From an uncultured virus (IMG/VR IMGVR_UViG_3300028048_002585) (taxonomy: Duplodnaviria > Heunggongvirae > Uroviricota > Caudoviricetes): 64,000 bases of DNA. Under the pieces are notes generated by a model. The model made no database searches. It was not told the DNA's origin and worked only from the letters and a program-made list of their open reading frames with translations. How positions within the stretch are numbered: the stretch's first letter is position 1; each line of letters opens with the position of its first letter. Position numbers and translations under genes: made by a program. Shown one piece after another: positions 50,671 through 60,105 of the stretch. The stretch lies in IMG/VR virus record IMGVR_UViG_3300028048_002585; one strand, written 5' to 3'.

Positions 50671-53600
50671 AATCACATTCGGGAGTGATTTCACTTCCTC
50701 TGATACCGTATATGTCGCCTTTCGGATCTCTCCGAGTGCTTCATCATAGATATTGAGGGTATTTCCATTCTCGTTTCCGTATCTGCTTATAAAATCATCC
50801 TCTTTAAACAGGTGGAAGTGAGCGTATGAAGGAACCTTTAATGTGTATTCCTTCTTTTTCTTTTCAGCAAGCTCTATGGTTTCTGGGAAGTATTTTCTCT
50901 CGATGACAGGATTACCTTCTTCATCAAGATACTCTGTTTTTTCTTCTCTTAATTCACCTGATAATATGATTACATTTCCTTCTTCAAGGATAGAACCATA
51001 TTTCTCATAGTTTTTAGTGAACACGTTTACTGTGAGAAGCTCCGTGCCGTCGTTAAGGGTAATGAAAGCCATTTCCTTCCCGTCGGACTTTCTCTGCTTC
51101 TTTTCCAGTGTTTCTATAACTCCATAGATCCTACATCTGTCAATTGCCTCATCTATCGGTGTTACACCGAGCTGTTCATGATCCGGATAATCCTCAAGTG
51201 GGCTCTTTGATACGAATGTTCCGAGAAGCTTTTTTTCTTCCTTCAGTCTGTCGTTGGAATCTTCAGGAATAGAAACCGGCATTACTATTTCTCCAAGGCA
51301 TCTTTTTGCATTGTCGTACTTTGTGATGGCCTGATCGTAAGCCTTGGTTCCTTCTTCGGCTTCATCAATCATCGCTTTCGTATCTCTTACCTTTTTAACC
51401 GCTGCCTTCATTTCCTCTGATACTGCGAGCATTGCCTGTCTGTTATCACAGAAGCAGTCGAATGCACCTGCCTTTATCAGGTTTTCGGTAGCTGTCTTAT
51501 TGATATTGGTTCTCATGAAGAAATCTCGGAATGACTTAAATTTGCCATTCTTTCTCTCTATAAGTATTTCTGCCGCCGATGAACCGACGGACTTGACTGA
51601 TTTCATTCCGAAAATTATATCACCGCCTGCTACAGTGAATCCTGTTCCGGCAGTATTTATATCCGGTACGTCGGTCTTTATGCCAAAATGCTTTGCCTCA
51701 TACATAAGACCGCTGATTTTTTCGAGTGGTGCCCAGTTGAGAGCGGCTGCTATAAATTCTGCAGGATAATAGCATTTCAGCCAGCCTGTAATATAAGCAT
51801 TATATGCGTATGTTGCTGCATGTGACTTGTTGAATGCATATTTTGCGAACTCGGACATCTGGTCAAACAGTTTGTTGGCCGCTTCCTCAGATATGCCGTT
51901 GGCAACACAGCCATTGATATTCCTGCTGGCATCACCGTGGATGAAAGACTCTCTCTCATGAGCAAGCTTGTCGATTTTCTTCTTTGACATATAGCGGCGT
52001 ACATTGTCTGCTGCGCCAAGGCTATAGCCGGCAAGATCCTGGAATATCTGCATAACCTGCTATAGTGATAGGTAAACCTTTGATATTATCTCTGGTTTTT
52101 CCCCCACTCCACACGGTACGTGCGAGTTTCCCCGCATACCGCGTTCCATCATTATCATTTATCGTTAAATATCTAAATAATTATCCGTTTCTCTTTAGGC
52201 ATAGGGTATCACCTTCTTATCTTCCACTATTTAGTGTTTGAAGGAGCTTTTTTTGTCATACTCGAATCCCTATGTTAAATTATATGATATAACGTTACTT
52301 TGATAATGACTTGTGTCCATTCCTCTATCTTCATTACAAAGATTTCATCGGTTCGAACACTACTTTTCAGCATTGATTCAATTGCTTATTATAGGAGTTA
52401 TCCATTTTCGTCAATTTATATTCATTACTGAATACTCAATACCTTTCCGTGTTCCAATAACTCTATCCTTTATCATATACCCTTAGGTTCCTATTATAAG
52501 CCTGCTAGCTTGAATATACCTTTAATATATTATGGATTTTCATAACCAAGATTTTTACTCATCCACACTAGCATCCATTTCGAATGGCATTCATGCATTT
52601 CTGCATGTTCGTATCTAGACCCTTTAAATCACAGGTTCGTCCGTCATTAAGACATACTAACCATAGGTATTTTATGGACTACCGGCATATCATTTTCCAT
52701 ATTTTGTACTAATAATTTTCATACAGGTGGACTCTAGTCTCTTTTGTACCAATATTACTTGTTATATTCCTCTACTTAGGAAAACTTCTGCCGACTTCAC
52801 CGAGCTTCATACAACTAAATTTTCATTATATGTTGCATGTCGGAGTATTATAGAGTATGTTTCAGGACGTTACTCCATCATTCCATACTTCGAGTTATTA
52901 GTTCAAGATTTATTTCTCTAAGCTTTTGATACAGGCGAACTCTAGTTCATTTTTTTACCAATATTTACTAACTTATTTACTCTAATTCTTGCTCAAGCTT
53001 TTCACTTGAGAACGCGTCGCACCCTGGTATACAATCGCACCGTATGTCTTGCCGATGATAGGCGCGAGCTCAGGTGTTATGTATTCCGGTTCTTTTCCAT
53101 CATTTTTAACGGCGATGACTCCGTCAATGAATTGGAGCGGACCCGGGCGGAACATGGATACCAGTATGATCAAGTCTTCAAAACATTCCGGTCTGAATCT
53201 CTTGAGCATGTTTTTCATACCACTCGACTCAAACTGAAATATTGAGTTAGTTTTTCCACTCTGAAAAATGTCCTTATAAACCTTCGGGTCATTAATTTCA
53301 AGATTCAGAGGGTCGATATCTATACCTTTTTTACTCAGCATCTTGAGTGTGTCGGTTATGATATCAAGTGTCTTGAGACCAAGGAAATCCATCTTGAGAA
53401 GGCCCTTAGCCTCAGTTTCTACCATGTCGCACTGGGTTGTCCACTCTGAGAGCTTGTCATTCCAGCGCAGAGGTATGTATTCACTTACATCATCATTATC
53501 ACTGATAACGATTCCCGCGGCATGAGCGCCGTAGTTGGTAAAACTGCCTTCTATAAGTTCTGCCCATCTGATTATCTCAAGAGCATCTTTATTTCCGGCA

Positions 53601-55597
53601 TAATCTCTCTTCAGCATCTCCGATATGGCGATCTCTTCTTCACCTCTCATAATCTTACTGCCAAAGTGTATTTTCGGCTCAGCTGGGACTTTCTTTGCCA
53701 TCTCATCTGAAAGATGGAGAAAAGCTCCTTCCTTACCGATCTTCTGTCCGTAATACTTTGCAGTAATACGGATTGCTCCACGAGGAGCCTGCGCGTTCTG
53801 TGTCATGATACCGCATACGGCATTTTTTCCGTATTTGTTTGTTACGTATTCGATAACCTTTGGTCGCACATTTTTAGCGATATCTGAATCGATATCCGGC
53901 ATACTTACTCTCTCTACGTTAAGGAACCTTTCAAAAAGAAGATCGTACTTAAGCGGATCAAGCGAAGTGATACCGAGAAGGAAGCAGACAAGTGAACCTA
54001 CAGCAGATCCTCTTCCCGGACCTATTGTAAATCCTGGTTCCGCTCCAATATTCTTAATATATTCCTTTAACTCTTCTATAGTAAGTGGAGCTTCTTTGAC
54101 CTTGTCTGTCGGAATGTATCCGAGAAGTCTTCCGTATTCGAGGAAATCGCGGACTATCAGATGATAATCAACGTATCCCATTCCTTTGATTACTTTAACT
54201 TCTCTTTCGAGTCTTTTCTGATATTCTTCATCCAGACCATCCGGAAAGCATCTTTCAACGCCTTCAGCTATCAGTCTGTCAAATATCTGTTCCGAAGTCT
54301 CGCCTGTATTTGATTTATAAACAGGGTAGTGATCTTCTTTTGGAAACTCGACATTACAGGAATCAATGATGTATTTTATATTCTTGATCCCCTTTTCTAC
54401 TACTGCTCTTGGCAATATCTCTGAGATGATGTCTTCCAGTTCTTCGTCTGATTTGATATAGAGCTCGGAATCTCCTACTGACGGTTCCTGCCACTTTCCA
54501 AATCGAAGAGCTTTCAGGATATTTCTCCTCAAGATTTCTTCCTCTGTGCCTTCAACGATATGAACATCGTTTGACGCAACTACCGGAAGTCCTGCCTCGA
54601 CAGCGATGCGTGCTACCTTTGGGTAAATTTCCGCTTCTAGCGGTATCCTATGATTCTGGATCTCGATGAAAAAATTGTTGTCACCAAAAAGCTCATTGAA
54701 CTCTTTTGCTGTACTTACAGCTGAGCCGTAGAGTTCCTCTTCCGGTAACATTTTTGCTGACACTTCGCTAATTTTCTCAGATATCTCTTCATACTTTGAA
54801 GCACTCTCGCGTAATTCCTTGAGCTCTTTTTCATAAGTGCTCTTTCTTTTTGTGAGAGCCGTCACCTCTTTCTTTATCTGAATGAGGCGTTCAGCAGCTT
54901 CTGCCGCTTTTTTCTTGTCATCCTCAAGAGCCTTTCTGGTCTGTTCCTTTTCGGAACCTTCAGGCATCTTGGCAAGAGATTTTTCTCTGAAAGTGAACTT
55001 TGTCTCAGCAGTTTTCTTTGTCATCTCTCTTTCATCTTTTTTTATTTCGAGCTTTTCGAGCACTTCTTTCAGATCAGCTTCTTCATTAAGGAGACGCTTG
55101 TCTGTAGGTGCTATGTACTTTGCTCTTCTTCTTTCGAGCTTTTCGATCTCATCTCTTAATTCGTCGTTAGCTCGTAACTTCATTGCGATAACACCCTGTA
55201 TGCAGGCGCTGGTAGCAATGATGTTGTTGTGACCGGATGTTCCCGGCCCAAAATACTTTTTAAGGATCTCAAGGTTCATTACGGCCTTTCCGTCCTTATT
55301 GTTCGACTTTGTCACAGCCTGCATCAGTGCCTTATATCCTTTATAATTCTTGGATATGAGGATCAGATGACATGTACTGATACCATCGTCGTAATATGCT
55401 TCGCAGCCGGGGATGAATTTTAGTCCTGCTTCCTCTGCCGCATGTCTCATCAGCTCAACAGCTGACAGTACGCCGTGCTGGGTAAGCACGAATCCTTTTG
55501 CCCCCAATTCTGCGAGCTTCTTCACTACTTTTTCGGGATCATTCTGTGAATCGTACTGATCCAGGCAGTGAAGATGTATCTCTCCATATTTTGACAT
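50668..55597 (-). CDS. dnaE: DNA polymerase III alpha subunit; exons 55597-53023 and 52061-50668 (1322 aa spliced)
   Basis: PHP HLH, GPGRGSAVGS, MPDIDSD, HAAG, KMDFLGL, FNKSHA, OB fold; splicing restores YGAIVYQEQVMQ. Confidence 0.95.
52062..53022 (-). mobile_element. ORF-less group II intron (961 nt) in dnaE
   Basis: 5' GTGCG, 3' ...CACTAT; domain V ACGCGGTATGCGGG-GAAA-CTCGCA-CG-TACCGTGT (52144-52111); removal rejoins G|AG (Glu) in frame. Confidence 0.93.
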
Positions 55598-55629
55598 CTT
55601 AATCACTCCTTTCATTTTTCTCCTTGGAT

Positions 55630-55680
55630 TGTCAATAATTTCATGTATATTATGTATAAAAACGTGGTGGCTGAAAAAAC
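55630..55680 (-). promoter_or_regulatory. Class A promoter with extended leader for dnaE
   Basis: Core at 55648-55659. Confidence 0.75.
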
Positions 55681-55736
55681 ATACCCTTTGTATTCTTTCA
55701 ATGAATGCGTGATTTGAACTAATTGTATTTTTATTA

Positions 55737-55765
55737 TTGACATATACGTTAATTCATTATAAAAT
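55737..55765 (+). promoter_or_regulatory. Near-consensus sigmaA promoter with class B operator driving an ncRNA
   Basis: TTGACA-TATACGTTAATTCATTA-TAAAAT. Confidence 0.8.
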
Positions 55766-55776
55766 AATTTTAATTT

Positions 55777-55865
55777 AAGCGAGCTAACCGGGACTGGGAG
55801 CTTTACGCGAGTCAGTCGGCGGAGAGTATGTCACACGGTTTCGATACACGGTGATTCGTTTACCA
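55777..55865 (+). ncRNA. Putative tRNA-like small RNA ending in CCA
   Basis: GC-rich island between promoter and terminator; AAGCGAG/TTCGTTT-A-CCA stem; TTCGA loop. Confidence 0.6.
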
Positions 55866-55906
55866 AAAAAAGAGCTGGACAAGTTTGATGCCAGCTCTCT
55901 TTTTTT
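55865..55906. terminator. Bidirectional terminator
   Basis: A7-GAGCTGG...CCAGCTC-TC-T7. Confidence 0.75.
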
Positions 55907-56531
55907 AATCAAAAAGCCTTATTATTCTTTTAGGCTTTCCTCCGAGCTTTTCATAAATTTCCCGTACTTCACGGTATTTATTTAAAATCTCGGTTCTGAG
56001 AGGTTCTTTATAATCATTGAATATCCCCTCATAAAATCTCATTCTCTCGTCAGCCCTTTCCATAAGCATATATCGGATCGTTTCGGGATCTATCTTATAT
56101 ATGTCCTGAAGCTTCGGAAGTTCTTTTGCCCCTGGATTATATATTCCGATGGCAATAAGTTCTTCTGCTGTCAGAGGCAGGAGAATTTCTTCCTTTTTAC
56201 TCGGGACATTTCCCTTTAGAAGGTATTCCTCCGCTCCGCCGAGAGCATCCCCTATCTTTTCGCAGATCTGCGGAAAAGACAGGTCTTCACCCTGTAGCAG
56301 GAAGTAGTTCTTTACATAGGAAAATGCATCGAAGTTTTCCCCACAGGTGTAGCAATGCGTTGATTTTTCGTACACCGCATTGTGGTTGCAGTGAGTTTCG
56401 GAATGTTGTCCCGAAACACATTTGCAATAGAGCGTACTGCCGGAGCGGTACAACTCATCCTCTGAGCATATATACCTGACGATCTGTGCCATGTTAATGT
56501 CAGATTTTAGCCGTTCGAGATCGTACTGCAT
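55905..56531 (-). CDS. Stand-alone CHC2-like primase zinc-finger protein
   Basis: CKC...H...HCYTCGENFDAFSYV; start moved to 56531 after AAGGAGG; class A core at 56579-56590. Confidence 0.7.
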   Translation of the reverse strand: MQYDLERLKSDINMAQIVRYICSEDELYRSGSTLYCKCVSGQHSETHCNHNAVYEKSTHCYTCGENFDAFSYVKNYFLLQGEDLSFPQICEKIGDALGGAEEYLLKGNVPSKKEEILLPLTAEELIAIGIYNPGAKELPKLQDIYKIDPETIRYMLMERADERMRFYEGIFNDYKEPLRTEILNKYREVREIYEKLGGKPKRIIRLFD

Positions 56532-56701
56532 GTCAGTACCTCCTTTCTTTCTCCTTGGATCGTCAATAATTTCATGTATATTATGTATAAAAAACAACTG
56601 TACGAAAATATAAAAGCCGCATGGAAGCGGCTTTGTATATGTTTTATATCACAACATTCGGCGGGAAGAATGGACAAACTTCTTTTTATAGTGCTTTATA
56701 T

Positions 56702-57955
56702 TTAGTTATAGTTCGTGTATTCACTGTCAGGTTCGTATCCGTCATAATCGTCAAACCATTTCGACTCAGGGTATATTTCTTCAAAAATCTGATCATGGTC
56801 TTCAAATACTTCCATTTCGCCGTTTTCCATAATCTGGTTAAATTCATTCATAGCTTCATCAGTTATATCGAAGCCTCTTGAGGAGTATCCTACAGGCTTG
56901 ATTTTTATTTTTTTTACCTCGTGCATGATAATCTTATATTCAGAGTATACACGGTTAAAATACTTAATAAAGTTAGCTTTATCGGGAGGTTGCTTATACC
57001 CTTCAAAAGTATAGAGCTCAACAAAAACTTTATGGAGCTTTGAGAAATCTATTTGTTGAGAAGGAAATCCGTAGTCCCAATAACGCATAAGTGCATCAAT
57101 ACAGAGAACACCGAACTTGTCATACTCGTTCATGATTCTGTTCGCCTTTGCGATATCTTCATCCTCTTCTTCTTTCAATACTTCCTTCTCAGGATTTCCG
57201 ACATTTGATGATATAACACCTTCGTATCCTTCCAAGGACAGAGAGGTTATAGAGTCCTGTTCCTTTACTCTTATGAGCAGTGTTTCTGTAAGGTTCTTTA
57301 AATTGAACTTTTCAGCGTTTTCGAGGTACCACATGTGTGTAGGAACTATCCCATTCTTTTCAGCGTAGTCGTCCATAGCAGCCAGTTTGCCTCTGACCTC
57401 GTGATCTCTCTTAGAAAAGTCGTCAAAGTTTCCGTTGATATCTTCTATAACAACATTTTTTATGTAATACGATGCAAAAGTGCTTATCTTTGCACCATAG
57501 GTTAGTTTATAATGCCCGGACTTGATCATTTTGATGATCATATAAACGGCCATATTTGTAGCACTGTCTACAAGATCGGGATTGGGCTTGCCGTTTACGA
57601 CGCATGCCTCTTTTCCATTGTTTCCCTTCTTGATCAATATTTTGCTGACTTCCCGGTTTATCCACGATCGATATACTGCATCTACTATCTCGGTACCCAT
57701 GATAAATTCTGCTTGAGTTCCTTTTGTCATCTTTGTGACGAGTACAAATTCATCTCTTCTGGTTAATGTCCATTTATCCTTCTTATGGTACAGAAATGTG
57801 TCTTCATAAAGCTGCTTATAATCGGCATTTAATTCCTCTTCTGTCAACTGGAAGTCGTAAGGATTGGATAACTCGCTGTCTTTAAACTCTTTTACGACAT
57901 TTTCATCAAGATATAAATCTTTTTTCGAAATCATCAGCTCGTTCCTCCTATCCAT
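56702..57955 (-). CDS. Divergent sigma-70 family factor (candidate)
   Basis: YKLTYGAKISTFASYYIKNVV resembles region 2.3-2.4 (FDPxKGxKFSTYAxWWIR); followed by region-3-like GIVPT...SLSLE and NPEKEVLKEE. Confidence 0.55.
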   Translation of the reverse strand: MDRRNELMISKKDLYLDENVVKEFKDSELSNPYDFQLTEEELNADYKQLYEDTFLYHKKDKWTLTRRDEFVLVTKMTKGTQAEFIMGTEIVDAVYRSWINREVSKILIKKGNNGKEACVVNGKPNPDLVDSATNMAVYMIIKMIKSGHYKLTYGAKISTFASYYIKNVVIEDINGNFDDFSKRDHEVRGKLAAMDDYAEKNGIVPTHMWYLENAEKFNLKNLTETLLIRVKEQDSITSLSLEGYEGVISSNVGNPEKEVLKEEEDEDIAKANRIMNEYDKFGVLCIDALMRYWDYGFPSQQIDFSKLHKVFVELYTFEGYKQPPDKANFIKYFNRVYSEYKIIMHEVKKIKIKPVGYSSRGFDITDEAMNEFNQIMENGEMEVFEDHDQIFEEIYPESKWFDDYDGYEPDSEYTNYN

Positions 57956-58134
57956 CGTTTTGTAATCCCTAATAACTTAGATGAATGTGAAAGGTTTTTA
58001 AATACCTTTACGCTTTCTATAGCCATCCGGAGCTCACTGTCGGACATTCCACTACTAAGAACAGCTCCGTTAAGTACTTGACGGTCAGAACAGCCGTTTT
58101 CTATTAATTTGATGAATTTTTCCGGATCTTTCAT
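57934..58134 (-). CDS. small hypothetical protein
   Basis: Between kinase and sigma-like genes, overlaps the latter. Confidence 0.65.
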   Translation of the reverse strand: MKDPEKFIKLIENGCSDRQVLNGAVLSSGMSDSELRMAIESVKVFKNLSHSSKLLGITKRWIGGTS

Positions 58135-58146
58135 ACTTAAATCCCT

Positions 58147-59256
58147 CTATCTTTCACCGACGTCTGCCTTACTTAGTATCTTTACGACCTTGGCCTTGCT
58201 GCGCTCTATTCTGTGAACAATGAATTCCTTGTCTTCATCGCTGATCGTTGGGAAGGTCTTAACCAGATGTATCATGTCACTGAAATCTATATCCCTATTT
58301 TCAATCCTTATTCTCATCTTATCGAGAGCCTTCTGTTCCTGCTTTTTGAACATTGCTGCATTCTCTTTTGTATCAAAGAATGCTGACCCTGAATCGAATA
58401 AAGGAGCGTAATCTACAAGCTTGCCCGTTTTGACATTACGTATAAAGCCAAAATTATTGAGATGACGGTCCGTATTATAGATCATACTGTCAACTGCTAT
58501 CATTGCCTGAAGATATTCGTCGCTCTTGTTTTTAGGAATGCCATATTTTTCAGCCATTTTTACTATGTGTGCGTATATTGTTTCGTTCTTTTTATCACGC
58601 TTTTCCTTGAAGTAAATCTGTGACACGGGCACATATTCTGTATCCTTGGTCACAAAGTTGTCGCATATCGAGCAGATCTGAAGGCCATCTACTGTCAGAG
58701 AATATTCCACGAACGGTATTACCTGCAGTTTTTTCAGCATCATGGATGTCAATACCTCTGCCACCGGACTTTGTCCGCATGTAGCACTTCCTGATTTAAT
58801 CAGCTTGGATGCTTTTGTATCATCCTGTATCCATCTTTTTCTGCAGACTCCGCCTGTCGTCAGATCTGGGTTTTCTTTCCTCAGCTGTCTAAGGTCTACC
58901 GTCCATGGTTCAAAGAATATACGCCCCGTCTCTGTATGATAAGTATTGGTGAAGAAGTTGAGTTTCTCCCATTTTTCCTTATCGACGTATTTAAACCAGT
59001 ATTGATCCGACAAAGAAAACATGTTGTGATAGTTCTCAAATGAGAATTCCATCCGGGCTTCCTTTATACCCTCTCTTGTATCAGGAATTATTCGGGTTTC
59101 AAGCCACTTATTCACTGATTCAAGTGTAAGGTTATCCTGCAGAACAATGGGAAGATGCTTTTCATCTATTGTTTCGTACAGCTTTATGATGTACTGACCT
59201 TCTATTTCACATTCAAACAAAGGATATTCCTTGTTCATGCAGGTTGCTCTCATCAA
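58147..59256 (-). CDS. HipA/CtkA-like Ser/Thr kinase
   Basis: SLSDQYW, TGGVCRKRW, LIKSG, AEV, NTDRHLNNFG, APLFDSG. Confidence 0.85.
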   Translation of the reverse strand: MMRATCMNKEYPLFECEIEGQYIIKLYETIDEKHLPIVLQDNLTLESVNKWLETRIIPDTREGIKEARMEFSFENYHNMFSLSDQYWFKYVDKEKWEKLNFFTNTYHTETGRIFFEPWTVDLRQLRKENPDLTTGGVCRKRWIQDDTKASKLIKSGSATCGQSPVAEVLTSMMLKKLQVIPFVEYSLTVDGLQICSICDNFVTKDTEYVPVSQIYFKEKRDKKNETIYAHIVKMAEKYGIPKNKSDEYLQAMIAVDSMIYNTDRHLNNFGFIRNVKTGKLVDYAPLFDSGSAFFDTKENAAMFKKQEQKALDKMRIRIENRDIDFSDMIHLVKTFPTISDEDKEFIVHRIERSKAKVVKILSKADVGER

Positions 59257-59370
59257 TTATTTCCTTTCATTAATAAATAATTGGTCGTTTTCGCTCATTT
59301 TTGTATATTTTTATTGATTTTGTGTCTTTTTTTCGCTTTCTGTTCGTTTTTTTATATGTTATGTATTTTA

Positions 59371-59399
59371 AATTATAGTCCATTTTTTTTGTAAGTCAA
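59371..59399 (-). promoter_or_regulatory. sigmaA promoter for the kinase-sigma operon (no class B operator)
   Basis: TTGACT-~17 nt-TATAAT. Confidence 0.65.
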
Positions 59400-59523
59400 T
59401 ATGATTATTTACTTTTTTTTGTTCAAAATTTACATTTTTAGTTCTTGGGATTAAAAAAAAAAGGGATATCGGCTGAACTTTGCCGTTCCCTTCCTTTTGT
59501 TTGCTTCTATAAAATTATGATAT

Positions 59524-60093
59524 TTATGGTGTCCATTCTTCAGGATCATGATCCAGTTCGTCGGGATTTATATATGAAAACCCTCCGTCCCAGAATGCCT
59601 TCATATACACCTTAATATCCTCATGACCCTCTATAGATACCTGAACTACATAGATGAATGGATCACCTGGTTCTATGAATACGATTTTAGCCTCGGTAAC
59701 TATGGCTGTCCTTTCTTTATCTATAGGATAAAGAGCATTAAAGATAGCATGAACAAAACTCTCCTGATCAAATTCTGTTCTCATCCTTTCGTTACATAAG
59801 GACAAGCCTGATATCTTAGGGTTATATATCCATCTGCCTTCCGGATCTTCAGCTGGTGGAAGTTCGTCTGTTGGATCTATTGCTATTTCTGTCGTTGATT
59901 CTGTAACTTCTTCCGTCGTTGCCTCAGTTGTTGCGCTTCCTTGTGCTATTATTTCTTCTGTTGTTTCTTTTTCGGTAACAGCTTCCGTTGCTGTTATCAT
60001 TTCTGTAGTGGGCGCTTCCGTAGGGGAATCATCTTTTGAACACGCAGTCAGTGCCAGTACCAGTATGGCGCTGATCATGATTATCTTTTTCAT
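59524..60093 (-). CDS. lipoprotein of the conjugation operon
   Basis: Lipobox LTAC after signal peptide; T/E-rich linker. Confidence 0.85.
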   Translation of the reverse strand: MKKIIMISAILVLALTACSKDDSPTEAPTTEMITATEAVTEKETTEEIIAQGSATTEATTEEVTESTTEIAIDPTDELPPAEDPEGRWIYNPKISGLSLCNERMRTEFDQESFVHAIFNALYPIDKERTAIVTEAKIVFIEPGDPFIYVVQVSIEGHEDIKVYMKAFWDGGFSYINPDELDHDPEEWTP

Positions 60094-60105
60094 CCTGTCG
60101 CTCCT

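Noticed and set aside
50668..55615. dnaE as two genes, a split intein or a frameshifted pseudogene
   Set aside because: No intein motifs are present; group II intron boundaries explain the break exactly.
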